Shown: positions 39,401-53,100 of the stretch, in pieces
How positions within the stretch are numbered: the first letter of the stretch is position 1
Layout of the letters: each line of letters starts with the position of its first letter
Source: Balanoglossus misakiensis
Taxonomy: Eukaryota > Animalia > Hemichordata
Direction of reading: 5' to 3'
Assembly (NCBI GenBank): GCA_040954595.2
Contig: CM082579.2
Span: forward strand, 14,918,550 to 14,982,549
DNA length: 64,000 nucleotides
Position numbers and translations under genes: made by a program
The notes under the pieces: generated by a model
Database searches by the model: none
What the model saw: only the letters and a program-made list of their open reading frames with translations
What the model was told of the DNA's origin: nothing

Positions 39401-42400
39401 GGGTGAAAATCATCAAAAAATGACAAATTTTCCTCTTTGCAAAATCTATAAATTTCGTCGATTTTTGAAAAATTTTCAACTTTGCAAAATCTCAAAATTT
39501 CGTCGATTTTTGAAAAAAATCATGGGGGAAAATCATCAAAAAATGACAAATTTTCGACTGCAAAATCTCAAAATTTCGTCGATTTTTGAAATAAATCATT
39601 GTTGAAAATTATCAAAAAATGACAAATTTTCCTCTTTGCAAAATCTCAAAATTTCGTCGATTTGTGAAAAAAAATCATGGGTGAAAATCATCAAAAAATG
39701 ACAAATTTTCGACTTTGCAAAATCTCAAAATTTTGCCAATTTTGAAAAAATCATGGGTGAAAATCATCAAAAAATGACAAATTTTTTACTGCAAAATCTC
39801 AAATTTTCGACGATTTTTTAAAAAAATTGTTGAAAATCATCAAAAAATGACAAATTTTTCACTGCAAAATCTCAAAATTTCGTCGATTTTTGAAAAAAAA
39901 TCATTGTTGAAAATCATCACAAAATGACAAATTTTCCTCTTTGCAAAATCTCAAAATTTCGTCGATTTTTGAAAAAAGACATGGGTGAAAATCATCAAAT
40001 TATGACAAATTTACGACTGCAAAATCTCAAAATTTCGTCGATTTGTGAAAAAAAATCATGGGTGAAAAACATCAAAAAATGACAAATTTTTGACTGCAAA
40101 ATCTCAAAATTTCGTCAATTTTTGAAAAAAATCATGGTTGAAAATCATCATGACAATGACAAATTTTCGACTTTGCAAAATCTCAAAATTTCGTCGATTT
40201 TGAAAAAAATCATGGGTTCGTCCATTTTTGAAAAAAAAACATTCGGTGAAAATCATCAAAAAATGACAAATTTTCGACTTTGCAAAATCTGAAAATTTCG
40301 TCGATTTTTGAAAAAAATCATGGGGGAAAATGATCAAAAAATGACAAATTTTCGACTGCAAAACCTCAAAATTTCGTCAATTTTGAAAAAAATCATGGTC
40401 GAAAATCATCAAATAATGACAATTTTTTTACTGCAAAATCTCAAAATTTCATCGATTTTTGAAAAAAATCATGGGTGAAAATCATCAAAAAATGACAAAT
40501 TTTTGACTGCAAAATCTCAAAATTTCGTCAATTTTTGAAAAAAATCATGGTTGAAAATCATCATGACAATGACAAATTTTCGACTTTGCAAAATCTCAAA
40601 ATTTCGTCGATTTTGAAAAAAATCATGGGTTCGTCCATTTTTGAAAAAAAAACATTGGGTGAAAATCATCAAAAAATGACAAATTTTCGACTTTGCAAAA
40701 TCTCAAAATTTCGTCGATTTTTGAAAAAAAATCATGGGGAAAATGATCAAAAAATGACAAATTTTCGACTGCAAAATTTCAAAATTTCGTCAATTTTGAA
40801 AAAATCATGGGTGAAAATCATCAAAAAATGACAAATTTTCGTTTGCAAAATCTCAAAATTTCGTCGATTTTTGAAAAAAAAACGGGTGAAAATCATCAAA
40901 AAATGACAAATTTTCCTCTTTGCAAAATCTATAAATTTCGTCGATTTTTGAAAAATTTTCAACTTTGCAAAATATCAAAATTTCGTCGATTTTAGAAAAA
41001 AATCATGGGGGAAAATCATCAAAAAATGTCAAATTTTCGACTGCAAAATCTCAAAATTTCGTCGATTTTTGAAATAAATCATTGTTGAAAATTATCAAAA
41101 AATGACAAATTTTCCTCTTTGCAAAATCTCAAAATTTCGTCGATTTTTTGAAAAAAGACGGGTGAAAATCATCTAAAAATGACAAATTTTCGACTTTGCA
41201 AAATCTCAAAATTTCGTTGATTTTTGAAAAAAATCATGGGTGAAAATCATCAACAAATGACAATTTTTTTACTGCAAAATCTCAAATTTTCGTCGATTTT
41301 TTAAAAAAATTGTTGAAAATCATCAAAAAATGACAAATTTTTGACTGCAAAATCTCAAAATTTCGTCGATTTTTGAAAAAAAAATCATTGTTGAAAATCA
41401 TCAAAAAATGACAAATTTTCCTCTTTGCAAAATCTCAAAATTTCGTCGATATTTGAAAAAAGACATGGGTGAAAATCATCAAAAAATGACAAATTTTCGA
41501 CTTTGCAAAATCTCAAAATTTCGTCGATTTTTTGAAGAAAATCAAGGGTGAAAATCATCAAAAAATGACAAATTTTCGACATTGCAAAATCTCAAAATTT
41601 CGTCGATTTTTGAAAAAAATCATGGGGAAAATGATAAAAAAATGACAAATTTTCGACTGCAAAATTTCAAAATTTCGTCAATTTTGAAAAAATCATGGGT
41701 GAAAATCATCAAAAAATGACAAATTTTCGACTGCAAAATCTCAAAATTTCATCGATTTTTGAAAAAAATCATGGGTGAAAATCATCAAAAAATGACAAAT
41801 TTTCGGCTTTGCAAAATCTCAAAATTTCGTCGATTTTTGAAGAAAATCAAGGGTGAAAATCATCAATAAATGACAAATTTTCGACATTGCAAAATCTCAA
41901 AATTTCGTCGATTTTTGAAAAAAATCATGGGGAAAATGATCAAAAAATGACAAATTTTCGACTGCAAAATTTCAAAATTTCGTCAATTTTGAAAAAATCA
42001 TGGGTGAAAATCATCAAAAAATGACAAATTTTCGACTGCAAAATCTCAAAATTTCGTCGATTTTTGAAAAAAAAACGGGTGAAAATCATCAAAAAATGAC
42101 AAATTTTCGACTGCAAAGACTCAAAATTTCGTCAATTTTGAAAAAAATCATGGGTGAAAATCATCAAAAAATGACAAATTTTCCTCTTTGCAAAATCTAT
42201 AAATTTCGTCGATTTTTGAAAAATTTTCAACTTTGCAAAATCTCAAAATTTCGTCGATTTTTGAAAAAAATCATGGGGGAAAATCATCAAAAAATGACAA
42301 ATTTTCGACTGCAAAATCTCAAAATTTCGTCGATTTTTGAAATAAATCATTGTTGAAAATTATCAAAAAATGACAAATTTTCCTCTTTGCAAAATCTCAA

Positions 42401-43530
42401 AATTTCGTAGATTTTTTGAAAAAAGACGGGTGAAAATCATCTAAAAATGACAAATTTTCGACTTTGCAAAATCTCAAAATTTCGTTGATTTTTGAAAAAA
42501 ATCATGGGGGAAAATCATCAAAAAATGACAAATTTACGACTACAAAATCTCAAAATTTCGTCGATTTGTGAAAAAAAATCATGGGTGAAAATCATCAAAA
42601 AATGACAAATTTTCGACTTTGCAAAATCTCAAAATTTTGCCAATTTTGAAAAAATCATGGGTGAAAATCATCAAAAAATGACAAATTTTTTACTGCAAAA
42701 TCTCAAATTTTCGTCGATTTTTTAAAAAAATTGTTGAAAATCATCAAAAAATGACAAATTTTTGACTGCAAAATCTCAAAATTTCGTCGATTTTTGAAAA
42801 AAAATCATTGTTGAAAATCATCACAAAATGACAAATTTTCCTCTTTGCAAAATCTCAAAATTTCGTCGATTTTTGAAAAAAGACATGGGTGAAAATCATC
42901 AAAAAATGACAAATTTACGACTGCAAAATCTCAAAATTTCGTCGATTTGTGAAAAAAAATCATGGGTGAAAATCATCAAAAAATGACAAATTTTTGACTG
43001 CAAATTCTCAAAATTTCGTCAATTTTTGAAAAAAATCATGGTTGAAAATCATCATGACAATGACAAATTTTCGACTTTGCAAAATCTCAAAATTTCGTCG
43101 ATTTTGAAAAAAATCATGGGTTCGTCCATTTTTGAAAAAAAACATTCGGTGAAAATCATCAAAAAATGACAAATTTTCGACTTTGCAAAATCTCAAAATT
43201 TCGTCGATTTTTGAAGAAAATCATGGGTGAAAATCATCAAAAAATTACAAATTTTCAACTTTGCAAAATCTCAAAATATCGTCAATTTTAATAAAAATCA
43301 TCGGTGAAAACCATCAAAAAATTACAATTTTTTTACTGCAAAATCTCAAATTTTCGTCGATTTTTTAAAAAAATTGTTGAAAATCATCAAAAAATGACAA
43401 ATTTTCCTCTCTTGCAAAATCTCAAAATTTCGTCGATTTTTGAAAAAAGACGGGTGAAAATCATCAAAAAATGACAAATTTTCGACTTTGCAAAATCTCA
43501 AAATTTCGTCGATTTTTGAAAAAAATCATG
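27456..43530 (+). repeat. 78-bp satellite DNA array (~16.1 kb, ~200 monomers)
   Basis: Consensus atgggtgaaaatcatcaaaaaatgacaaattttcgactttgcaaaatctcaaaatttcgtcgatttttgaaaaaaatc repeated head-to-tail in one orientation, with 76-bp and 42-bp variants. Confidence 0.98.
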
Positions 43531-44298
43531 GCAGGTGTCAAAGGTATCCCCCTGTATTTGGCATTTCATGATAGTTTCCTCCCTCCAAATACCAAAGCTG
43601 CACCTGTACAACGGGATGAGATATGGCACTGTATGACAGAGGTCATCAAAATCACCTTATACATTTGGGCAAAAACCAACTGACACTTACATTCGTCCCT
43701 GTGGAACAAAAACCACACCTATCGCCCTGTTGGTTAGTGTACAATTAAATGTACAAAATCAATGACTTAGGCAGGTGCAACAGGTGACCCCGCCTTTGGT
43801 ATGTCATTATGGTCCCATCCGTATATGCCCCCCCCCCCCCCCCAAGCCAAAGCTGCATGCATCTTCTGACCCCACAATTACGCATGCACATAATTATTGA
43901 GTTACGCAGGTGTCACAGGTGACCCCCGAATCGGGTGTATTATTTTGGTCCCATACAGCTGCATGTAGCTGCGTGCCGTTACGGGCGACCTGATAACCCA
44001 CACGGCCACCTGCGGGCCGACCCCCATACTGAACGTCCAGTTGCAACATCACGACTGAAGTAGGAACTTTTGAACGGCAACGAAGCCTGATCTCTGATTA
44101 TTGCTGGTACCATACTCCCTTCGTGCAAGAAAATCACTGGTCTGCTGACGTATTTCAGGCAATTTCCCAAACTACTATCCACTACATGTGACTACAATGC
44201 TAATGAAACCTCCCAGGACATTAGCGACTTAGAGTCAAAGCCCACTGCCAGTGTAGCCGGGTTTGCGTAGACACATTTGAATGGCAACAGCTAACAAA

Positions 44299-47200
44299 TA
44301 ATAATAATTCTTTATTTCAGACTTTAAATAAAGTCCATATACCCAAAAGAGAGAAGAAAAAAAAAACAATAATAATAATCTGACACTGAGACACACACAA
44401 AAAAAACTTACATGATATACAATTGCTTTCGCCAATGTTTGAAAAATATGCTGTCAGTCGCTCTATCTGATGAACAGATCGCATCAAGTAAAACATTAGA
44501 AGAATTTTCGAGTCTACGCTTAAGATGGGTCCCTGGGATCTTTTTGCTCGTTGCTATGGGCCTTTATAGGACATTACACCCCGATTTGGACTAAGCCGTT
44601 TTCAGAGTCTAACAAGGGGCTGGTAACTAGTTGAAAATCTGCACGATTGTGAGCGCGCGCCCCCTGACGCCATATGAAAATTAGCTAGGTTAAATTTCAA
44701 AAGCCTAAGGCTTTTTATTCCGTGACCTCAAAAACGAACTTGATACGTATTCATTAGTTGCTTGAACCAGGGAAGATCGTGACGGATTTTGTTTTCGAAT
44801 ATTATCGTTGTATCCTAAGATTTCAGCATACCCGTACCACACCTGAAAAAGTCATCGATTTTGGGTGTTTTTGGACGCACTCTTCCAGCGGTATCGCTTC
44901 TTAGCACGACGAAAACCGAAAAAACGATCCGTCACACTGTGCGGAAGTGCGTTCTCAACAAGCAGGTCAAATTTGACTGGCGTACGTGGCCTATGAAAAA
45001 AGCCTTAGGGATTTTCGTGAACGGTACAAAATCTCTGTGTACAAAACATTGGATTTTTAGCGTTCGATCCAGTTACTGTGGTTACAGGACGCGCACGCTA
45101 TCGCTGACCGCTGCTTTGCCGTATTAGCGTGGCGGCCTATGGCCGGGTGGTAGCTGCCGTCAACATACTCGGACAGGGGGTGTGCACACAATCGTGCAGA
45201 TTTTCAACTAGTTACCAGCCCCTTGTTAGACTCTGAAAACGGTTTAGTCCAAATCGGGGTGTAATGTCCTATAAAGGCCCATAGCAACGAGCAAAAAGAT
45301 CCCAGGGACCCATCTTAAAACTGTACATATTGCGTCTAAAAACTTCACCAAGTGACAATACATGTACATGGTTTGTAGCAAACATACCCGATGCACAGCA
45401 AAATGGCGGAAGACCGAGAAATCTTCTCCAAACATTATTGTACATAGTTTTAAATTTTTTCATCGGTTTAACTTTAAAGGATGCCCACAAACTGCAACAG
45501 TAAATATTACTACAATATGCCAAAAATAAAACTTTCTTCACATCTTGACTACAATGTTGAAAATGTCTCAATAGCATGTTTGCTCTTACACAAAATGCTC
45601 TCCTCTGTCGTTCAATATCTTCATTATCACAACCATCACAAGATATAACATGGCCCAGATAGGTGTGTACAGGTACAAACTTTAAAGTGATGTCATTAAG
45701 TTTAACCGAAGGAATTCATTGAACGCTCATATTCTTCCCATTAAAAAGCATGCACACAGTTTTACTAGAATTATAAATGATATCATAATCCTTGCCATAA
45801 ATTTCACAAATTCTAAGAAGACGGCGTAGACCCTTAATACTTGGACTGAGTAGAGTCATGTCGTCAGCGTAACCTAAAGTGTTAGCGCTGACACCAGACA
45901 TGGTACAGCCAACTTTGGCTTTACAGAGTGCATTGATAATATCATCAATGTAGACATTAAAAAGATAGGGAGAGAGTACCCCCCCTTGTCTTACACCGTT
46001 AGAAACAGAAAACAACTCTGAGGGTTCATTACCCCACAACACAGTAAACAATTGATTTCTGTACCATTAATATAAAATTCGTACAGCATACAAGGGAACA
46101 TTCCTGTCGATGTGCTTGTTAATTATAACCAGTTTAAAGTGATTAACTCTGTCAAAAGCTTTTGAAGCATCCAGAAAACAAGTAAACACTGGTCTTCCAT
46201 TGCTGGTGTAGTAGCTAATGATTTCTTTAAATGCAAATAAACACAGGTCAGTTGAATGTTCTCGCTTGAAACCAAATTGTAAATAATGAGAGGTAAGAAA
46301 CTCCTCACAACGAAAAAGTAAAATATGCTCAAAAACTTTAGAGAAAACAGTTGCTAGTGCTATCGGCCGGTAGTTACTGGCATCACTACAAAGCTTAGTT
46401 TTATCCTTAATAATTGGAACTAAATTAACATTGATAGCCTCAGTTGGCAGGTAACCATGAACAATCATTGCATTAATACAACAAGTCAGAAAGGGTAAAA
46501 TAGAGGAGTCTGAGAATTTGAGGTGCTCAGCTAAAATATTGTCAATGCCAGCTGTCTTACCGTCAGGTAACTTATGTATAGCAGAAATTACTTCGTCTTC
46601 AGAAACATACATATCAGAAGAAAATTTAACATACTTCATTTTCTCCTCGATGTCATTTTTACCAGTCTGAGCCTGGACAGAATTCAAAATATCACTGAAA
46701 TGCTTGTGCCACATAATTGCAATTTCACTCTCACCAGTCGCTCCACCTACAGTGTCAGAAAGCGGCGTTTTTCTGCTAGTTTGCTTTCTGACTTCCTCCC
46801 AGAAGTCGTTCTGTTTGTGGCAGCGTAAATTATCAGCCATCTTGTCAGCCCTATTTTGATTCTCAATCTTTTTACAAGCACGTAAAGCATACTAAAAACG
46901 AGCTCTGGAAGATTTCACGGTTTCAAAAAGCGGGCCTTGTTTAGGTTTACCCACATTAACCCATAATAAAAACATGGAACGGGCATAGTCGTGACTTTCT
47001 TTTACAAAATCGTTCCAGCCAGGCACAACATGAACTTTCTGGTGAAACTTACGTCTAATGGTATCTTTTGCAGCACAATTCAATGCGTCCACAATACTAC
47101 TATAACAAGTATCAATTGCCTGTAAATGCGAAGGGTCTGTACAGTTCACATTAGTGCAGAATAACTCTTCGGATAAATTAATCTTATCAATCTTGGCTTT

Positions 47201-47427
47201 GGTACAACCGGTGTAGGCGGATATATTCTGCTGTGACAATTTTTTCCAATCAACTCGAAAATTACATTGCTTGAAGGAACTACTGCTGAAGCTTTCATCA
47301 GCAGAAGTGTTGAAATGAACCTCTATTGAAACAGGAATATGGTCGGAGTCAACAACATTGCAAAGACTCGAAATTGAAAGAACATTGCTATGAGAAATTT
47401 CAGTGGTAACACAGTAGTCAATCCAAA
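44299..47427 (-). mobile_element. Degenerate non-LTR retrotransposon, copy 2, 3' tail retained
   Basis: Same APE/RT motifs (ORFs 46892-47239, 46067-46840, 45716-46051, 45269-45577); minus-strand AATAAA followed by an (ATT)n tail at ~44299-44317; in-frame stops. Confidence 0.92.
44524..45314. mobile_element. 791-bp TTAA-flanked non-autonomous DNA transposon with ~128-bp TIRs (Kolobok-like)
   Basis: TTAA|gatgggtccctgggatctttttgctcg...cgagcaaaaagatcccagggacccatc|TTAA; near-perfect TIRs; inserted in the LINE ORF2 C-terminus. Confidence 0.9.
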
Positions 47428-48765
47428 CTCAGCGTAATTCAATAAAACGCCCTAACACAGCCTGAACTCCGATAATGTGTTGTCCCAAAATTCATTCCGT
47501 GGAAAATAATCACTGGTCTGTTTACGTATTTCAGCCGATTTTCCAAGGACTACTGCAACCCGCCAGAAGTGAGTAGCCTGCTAATGAGATCTCCACAACA
47601 TAACGTAATGACGGTCAAAGTCCGATGCCCCAGTGTCCGTCCTCAGCCCACCAAAAAAAGCGAAAAAATATTACAAAAATCTTCTTCTCAAAATCGACGT
47701 GGCCTAGGACCTTGAAATTTGGCACAGGGGATTTTGGCCACATGGTCTACAAAAATCGCGAAAAGAATTTACATGCCCCCATTAACGTGCAAATTAGGTC
47801 AATTTGAAAATTTCGCTCGATTATAGCAACAAAGTCACGTGACTAATTACAAATTCAAAGGGCTGGTGCACCAGTACTATGGGCCCCAACCACCGTGCCA
47901 AATTTGGAAGGCGCACCTGCCGGAATTTCAGAGAAAAACGGGCGCAAAAAAACGACTCAAGATGAAAGAAGACAAACTCCAGCAATAACAGAAGGGGACC
48001 AAGCGCCTGAGGGCTCTTGGTCCCCTAAATATGGGACTAAACTTGACAGATACCCGGAATATTTTCCTATTCAGGATACCTGGTTGCATTTCCACCTAAA
48101 GGCGTCCTATTGGCGTGGAAATTGTATAACTTGAAATCGTTTGACTGGGTGATAGGTATTAATATCTTATGATGTTATAAAACACTTGGCTCGCCGAAGG
48201 TATGGACCGATTATAGCGTCAGTCGTGTCATACAATCTATATGAACGTCATGGGTCAATAAACTTGATGGTCCAATAAAATTCAATGGTTAGTAAAACTA
48301 TTGTGTCCAATGTCTGCAGAGTATACTGGCTGCAACATGTGTATGAGTCAGGATTAATGTCTGTAGCCATCAACCCAAAAGGTGAACGTCCTATTCTCAC
48401 TAACTTAAATAGGTTTTGCGACCTAGTCTAGTTATAAAAACCTTATGATAAAGTCGACACAATTTCAAGATGACGATGTGCAAATGAGAGTTCATAAGCT
48501 AAAGTAAAGTTCAATGAATTCTATACAAAGTTCAAAAAAGATTGTTTACTAAAGGAAGACATGAAAAAACTGATATCGTCTCTTCATATTCGTACATGTC
48601 CAACTGTTGTGATTTGACCCCTCCCCCCCCCCAGGACATGGTACATGAAGCTATTACTTAGTACACACTTAAACAATTGGCATTTGAAGTGCCTTGCTTG
48701 ACAGTGTTTAATGCGGTGGTCAGTCGCGTTTATCTCTCGCCACTTCATGCATCATGTCGCCTTAA

Positions 48766-49061
48766 AGGGGCAAACTCTCTCTCCCGTCGCCCTTTTCTAT
48801 TAATAATGTTTGATACAAGACACCGTTTATATTAATGGGCATGTGTATATGTAGTGAATGAACGTTCAACCACACACAACTTCCATCCTGCTTGTATGAT
48901 ATGAGAGTAAAAACTCGCCCAAAATGAATAAATGGTAGAGACCGATTTTTCAGTTTGGCGAGTTTTCGCTCTCGTGTCTACATGCGGGATGGAAGGTGTG
49001 TGCGGTTGAACGTTGCATCACTATATATCCACATTTACATTAACATAAACGGTGTTTTGTA
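48766..49061. mobile_element. Kolobok/T2-type MITE, duplicate of 23699
   Basis: TTAA|aggggcaaactctct..; right end deleted. Confidence 0.7.
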
Positions 49062-49858
49062 TTGTCATTTCTTTTAATCGTGGATTTTCGTTTCTGATTT
49101 GTATGTATAATGAAAATCCATTTTGGGTCACTGCACTTGTTTTCGACTTTAAACAAGGCCGTGAATTTAGTCGATAATTGAAGAAAACTGCTGACGGTCA
49201 GCATTTTCTACCAATGGTTTGCCTATGGATACAATATTGAACAAAGTTTATCTCAAAATAGACCGTGGTGAATTTATTTTGATTTGTCGGAGCTATGTGT
49301 AAAATTTCCTGAAAATGACAATAATAGAAGGGAGTTTTCTAACTATTATCCATGTACTCCTATGGGAAGAGACACAGGCGCACAGTTTACCAGTTGACGT
49401 TCTGCGCGTACATCATTGAGTGTACTGGCAGCTAACTTATTGTTTATTTGTAACAGCAATTGGATCTTGGAGCACTGTTTGGAACACCCTTTGTGAAATA
49501 TGAATGTCCAGAAGGTAAGTTGAATTGACCCTAGCCCTTTCACCAACATGGTTCAGTCAAAACCAATTGTTTTCTATGGTAATGTTGGACCTCTAAAGAG
49601 GAAACGGGGGGGGGGGGGGGGTGATGAAAGGTTTAAGACTTACAGATCACAACTTAAATAGCCATTCAGAAAGAGGCTTAGAGTGGAGTATCAAATCGGA
49701 CGATACCACTGACTGGTGGAGGAAGACAAAATAAGCAAACTGAGTAGATGAGTGCTCAGATTTCTTCAGAGGACCAAACGTTTCAAAGAATTATACGTAA
49801 CAATCCATGCCTGGTCCGTCAGTAGATATAAACAGAACATTGTGGCTGTATTCATTAA

Positions 49859-50149
49859 AGGGACAAAGTCTCTCTCTCACTGCCCTTTTTCCATTAATTA
49901 TGTTTGATACAAGACTGCGTTTATATTATTCTACATGTGGATATAGTGAATCAACGTTCAACCATACACACCTTCCACTCCGCTTGTATAGACACGAGAG
50001 TTTTAAAAAGTCGCCAAAATGAATAAACGGTCTCTACCATTTATTCATTTCGGGCGGGTTTTTACTCTCGTATCATACAAGCGGGATGGAAGTTGTGTGT
50101 GGTTGAACGTTCATTCACTAACATAAACGGTGTCTTGTATCATGTCCCT
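49859..50149. mobile_element. Kolobok/T2-type MITE, duplicate of 24657
   Basis: TTAA|agggacaaagtc...tgtccct|TTAA. Confidence 0.8.
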
Positions 50150-53100
50150 TTAACACTTTTGAAGCATTTTACTAATGCTAACATGACTAGACCAATTGAA
50201 TGATGTTACATTGCAGGTTATCAACTCAGAGGGGCGTCTTGTTGTAAAGCGGTACCTGACAAACAATCAGCTGGCAACGCTGAAAATACCTGTCAGTCGT
50301 AAGTATGAAAGTATACATCATTTGAGTAGAATTTTATGGGAGATCCTGACAAGGCTTGGACATGTCACGCACAAATACAAAGGGCGCGTATAAAGACAGA
50401 CAAAACCTCGCTTAGTGTGAGGTGTTCAGCGATTGCATCTGATAAGTCGAAAATGCTTGATCACATGTCATGTTCAGTTGGGAAATTGGATATGTCTCAG
50501 GCCAAAAAAACTAATATGTGCTATTCCGATTACATGGTTTTCAAAAATAGGGTAGGTAGAAAGGGACATTTTTTTATGTTTCAATTTTTTATATCTTTGG
50601 CCGTCGTAGTGTAGAAGAATGACATCATAGTTCTTGCGTGATTCTCGCAATTTTCATGAATTGTTGTATATTTGACATCGTTATTTTTACTTCCGGTTTA
50701 CGAAGATCTAAACTGTTTTGGGTCGGCGGGCTAAAATTAGGGTAGTTCGGGTAATCGTTATGACATTGGGAGCTACGGCTGCAAAGCCATGTGTCTCGTG
50801 CGAAAAGGGCCCTTAACCTTTTGCAATATTTAACAGCAAACAACAGACAGTTTTGAGAATAAAAGGTTTCCGTCGTGTCTGACTTTCATATCGCATTAAT
50901 AGCATATCCCTAAATTTAAAGAAATTAGGAGAGACAGAGTGAAACAGGCAGAGTGGCAGACAGACACAAGCAGACAGACAGAGCAACATTCATCAGTAGA
51001 GACACTCATCGGTCGCTCGCTCGCTCGCTCGCTCACTCTCTCTCTCAGAGAGAGGGGGCAGACAGTCAGACAGACCGACGTTGACAGACAGTCAGTAAGT
51101 CAGTCAGCCAGTTAATCAGTCAGTCAGACGTCAAAGACACAGTGACACAAACACAGCGAGGGAGACAAAAGGACCTTTCATGCTTAAACCCCTGTTCTTC
51201 TGTTATAAACTTTGAAAACCGTTCGTTTTCAGACTGCAGATTGCTCGAATAACGCGACACACTGCCGAAACAATAAAACAAATACTAGTGGGAGCTCATA
51301 AAATAAAATCGCTCAACCATTCCGTCGTCCTGAGTGACCTCAGCCACATTAATTCCGACGTCTTTTTAGGGTCATGAAAAAAGTCACAAATAAGGTATTT
51401 CCCCTAGGTCCACCTGAAGCAAAAAGTTTTCGTTTCGACTCCATCATTCCGAATAGTAAGAAAGCAACAAAATTGAAAAGACAGATGTAAAATGCAATCT
51501 CTCTCACGTGGTAACGTTTGTAACTATGGCAATCACGGTACGTGTTCAGTACACAGACAGGGAGAAAAGTTTCTCCATGCAATACATGTGTTCAGTAAGG
51601 TTTGACCTTGGTTTTACTTTGTACCATGATCGCCGCTTTCTAAGCATGGATGAACGACGGCGGTCAGACCCAATCGAACCCTTTCATGTCAGATGACCAC
51701 GGTATCTCCACTGTGAGATGACATTTGACAAACCATTTGATTTCAACAAAATCTTCGCGTCGTCAACGCGTCGCATACCAGTCGCATATCGGTATTTACC
51801 CAATCATAAAAGTTGGAAATTCGGGAGACTCGATCTGCAACCAAGTTGAGAGTAAATTTTGACGTTTGACTATTGGCAAGTAAACAGGTTACACAATGAC
51901 TTGTCGGTTTTTCCTCCGTCATGGTCGTTCTCGACCCAAGTCCCCCCTCCCAATGTCCTTCCTTGACATTTAGACACACCTTGCGGTATGACCTTGGTGG
52001 TCATGTGCAATTAGTTTTCTTGTATAAAAGCTTTTCATGCCGGGGTAGACGACTTGTGCGTGGATCATCAACATTTCAGTGATATTTCAACGCAAAGTTT
52101 TAGCAATATTAAGAAAACAGGTAGTGAGGTGTCAAATGCATATCAATGTACGAAAATTAGGTCAAGCCACCCGACAGCAACCGCTTTCACACAGTGTCGG
52201 ACGTTGCACGGAATGTGAAACGTTACACTGCTTCGGCCGTTCACATGCACCTGGGCGTGGGTTTGATTGATGGTCAAACGCCCCCACTTACTTTGGGCGT
52301 TTTCAATGGTAAATGTGTCGTATTGATCGAAACCTTGCCGTAAACACATTTTTTTTGCTGAATCAACATTCAGAGTTCAGCCGTCTAGTTAACGAAGTAT
52401 TGAAGTAAGCCACTTGTTCATCATTTTTTGTCTGTCAAACGTATTTATTCGGAAAGGGACCGGCCGCCAATGAGGGGTTTAGGGAGCCCACACGTACACT
52501 CTGGTACCTGGACAATTAACATAGACATGTCGTGTGTACCGTCCGGTTCGAAAAGATTGGTTTAAGGTAGTCCTGGTAACAGTCATCCTAACGAGGCCAG
52601 GGGAGGTCTCCAAGGGCGAAATAAACATAGCTACCGATGACGAGTCGAATTCGAATCGGACGATGCTTGTTCATAAAAGGCACAAACATAAAGCTTCGAA
52701 GTTTTTTGTCTGTGTAGTAAAGATACGACTAATCAGCCTATAGTGTAACCGTAGACCCTGGAGAAATACCAGAGCACAGCACAATGCAGCAAATGGAGTG
52801 AAACAAGAACAAAGCTTAGTCTCTGCCGCAAACAAAGCTAAATCACATATTGACACTCCAAATAGAAGCAAGACAGCCGGGGGGGGGGGGGAGGCACAGT
52901 TGTAGATCGCGGTGTTGACCCGCCCCTTCCACATCCTGTAGATGTTTGTGCGTCCAAGGCATTTTTGATAAAATATAGACTTTTGTTTTTAGCTCGAGTG
53001 TGGCCTAAGTATATCACCGTTCACACGAAAAATGTCTGTCTTTTTCAAAACGTTGTATTATACTTCTGTGTAATTTGAACTCTAATACAAGTGACAGTAT

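Larger units (their letters stand above)
43531..48028 (-). mobile_element. Partial duplicate of the Helentron-type element
   Basis: Same terminal hairpin at ~47994-48025; lacks the 17546-18135 portion. Confidence 0.6.
43531..52671 (+). repeat. Segmental duplication copy 2
   Basis: Begins immediately after the last satellite bases (aaaatcatg|gcaggtgtc) and runs into unique sequence at 52672. Confidence 0.95.

Noticed and set aside
27456-43530. CRISPR-like array or CENP-B boxes
   Set aside because: No unique spacers or cas genes and a eukaryotic context; the TTCG..CGGG spacing does not fit the 17-bp CENP-B box
27504-43683. Many ORFs encoding the 26-aa repeat MGENHQKMTNFRLCKISKFRRFLKKI
   Set aside because: By-product of a 78-bp (3n) monomer with a stop-free frame; constant +/-1 A-tract indels and 2-bp deletions break the frame, so no coding constraint is visible
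18136-52671. LTR retrotransposon with 9-kb LTRs
   Set aside because: No TG..CA ends, PBS/PPT, gag/integrase or outer TSD; the repeats are ordinary genomic patchwork starting mid-element
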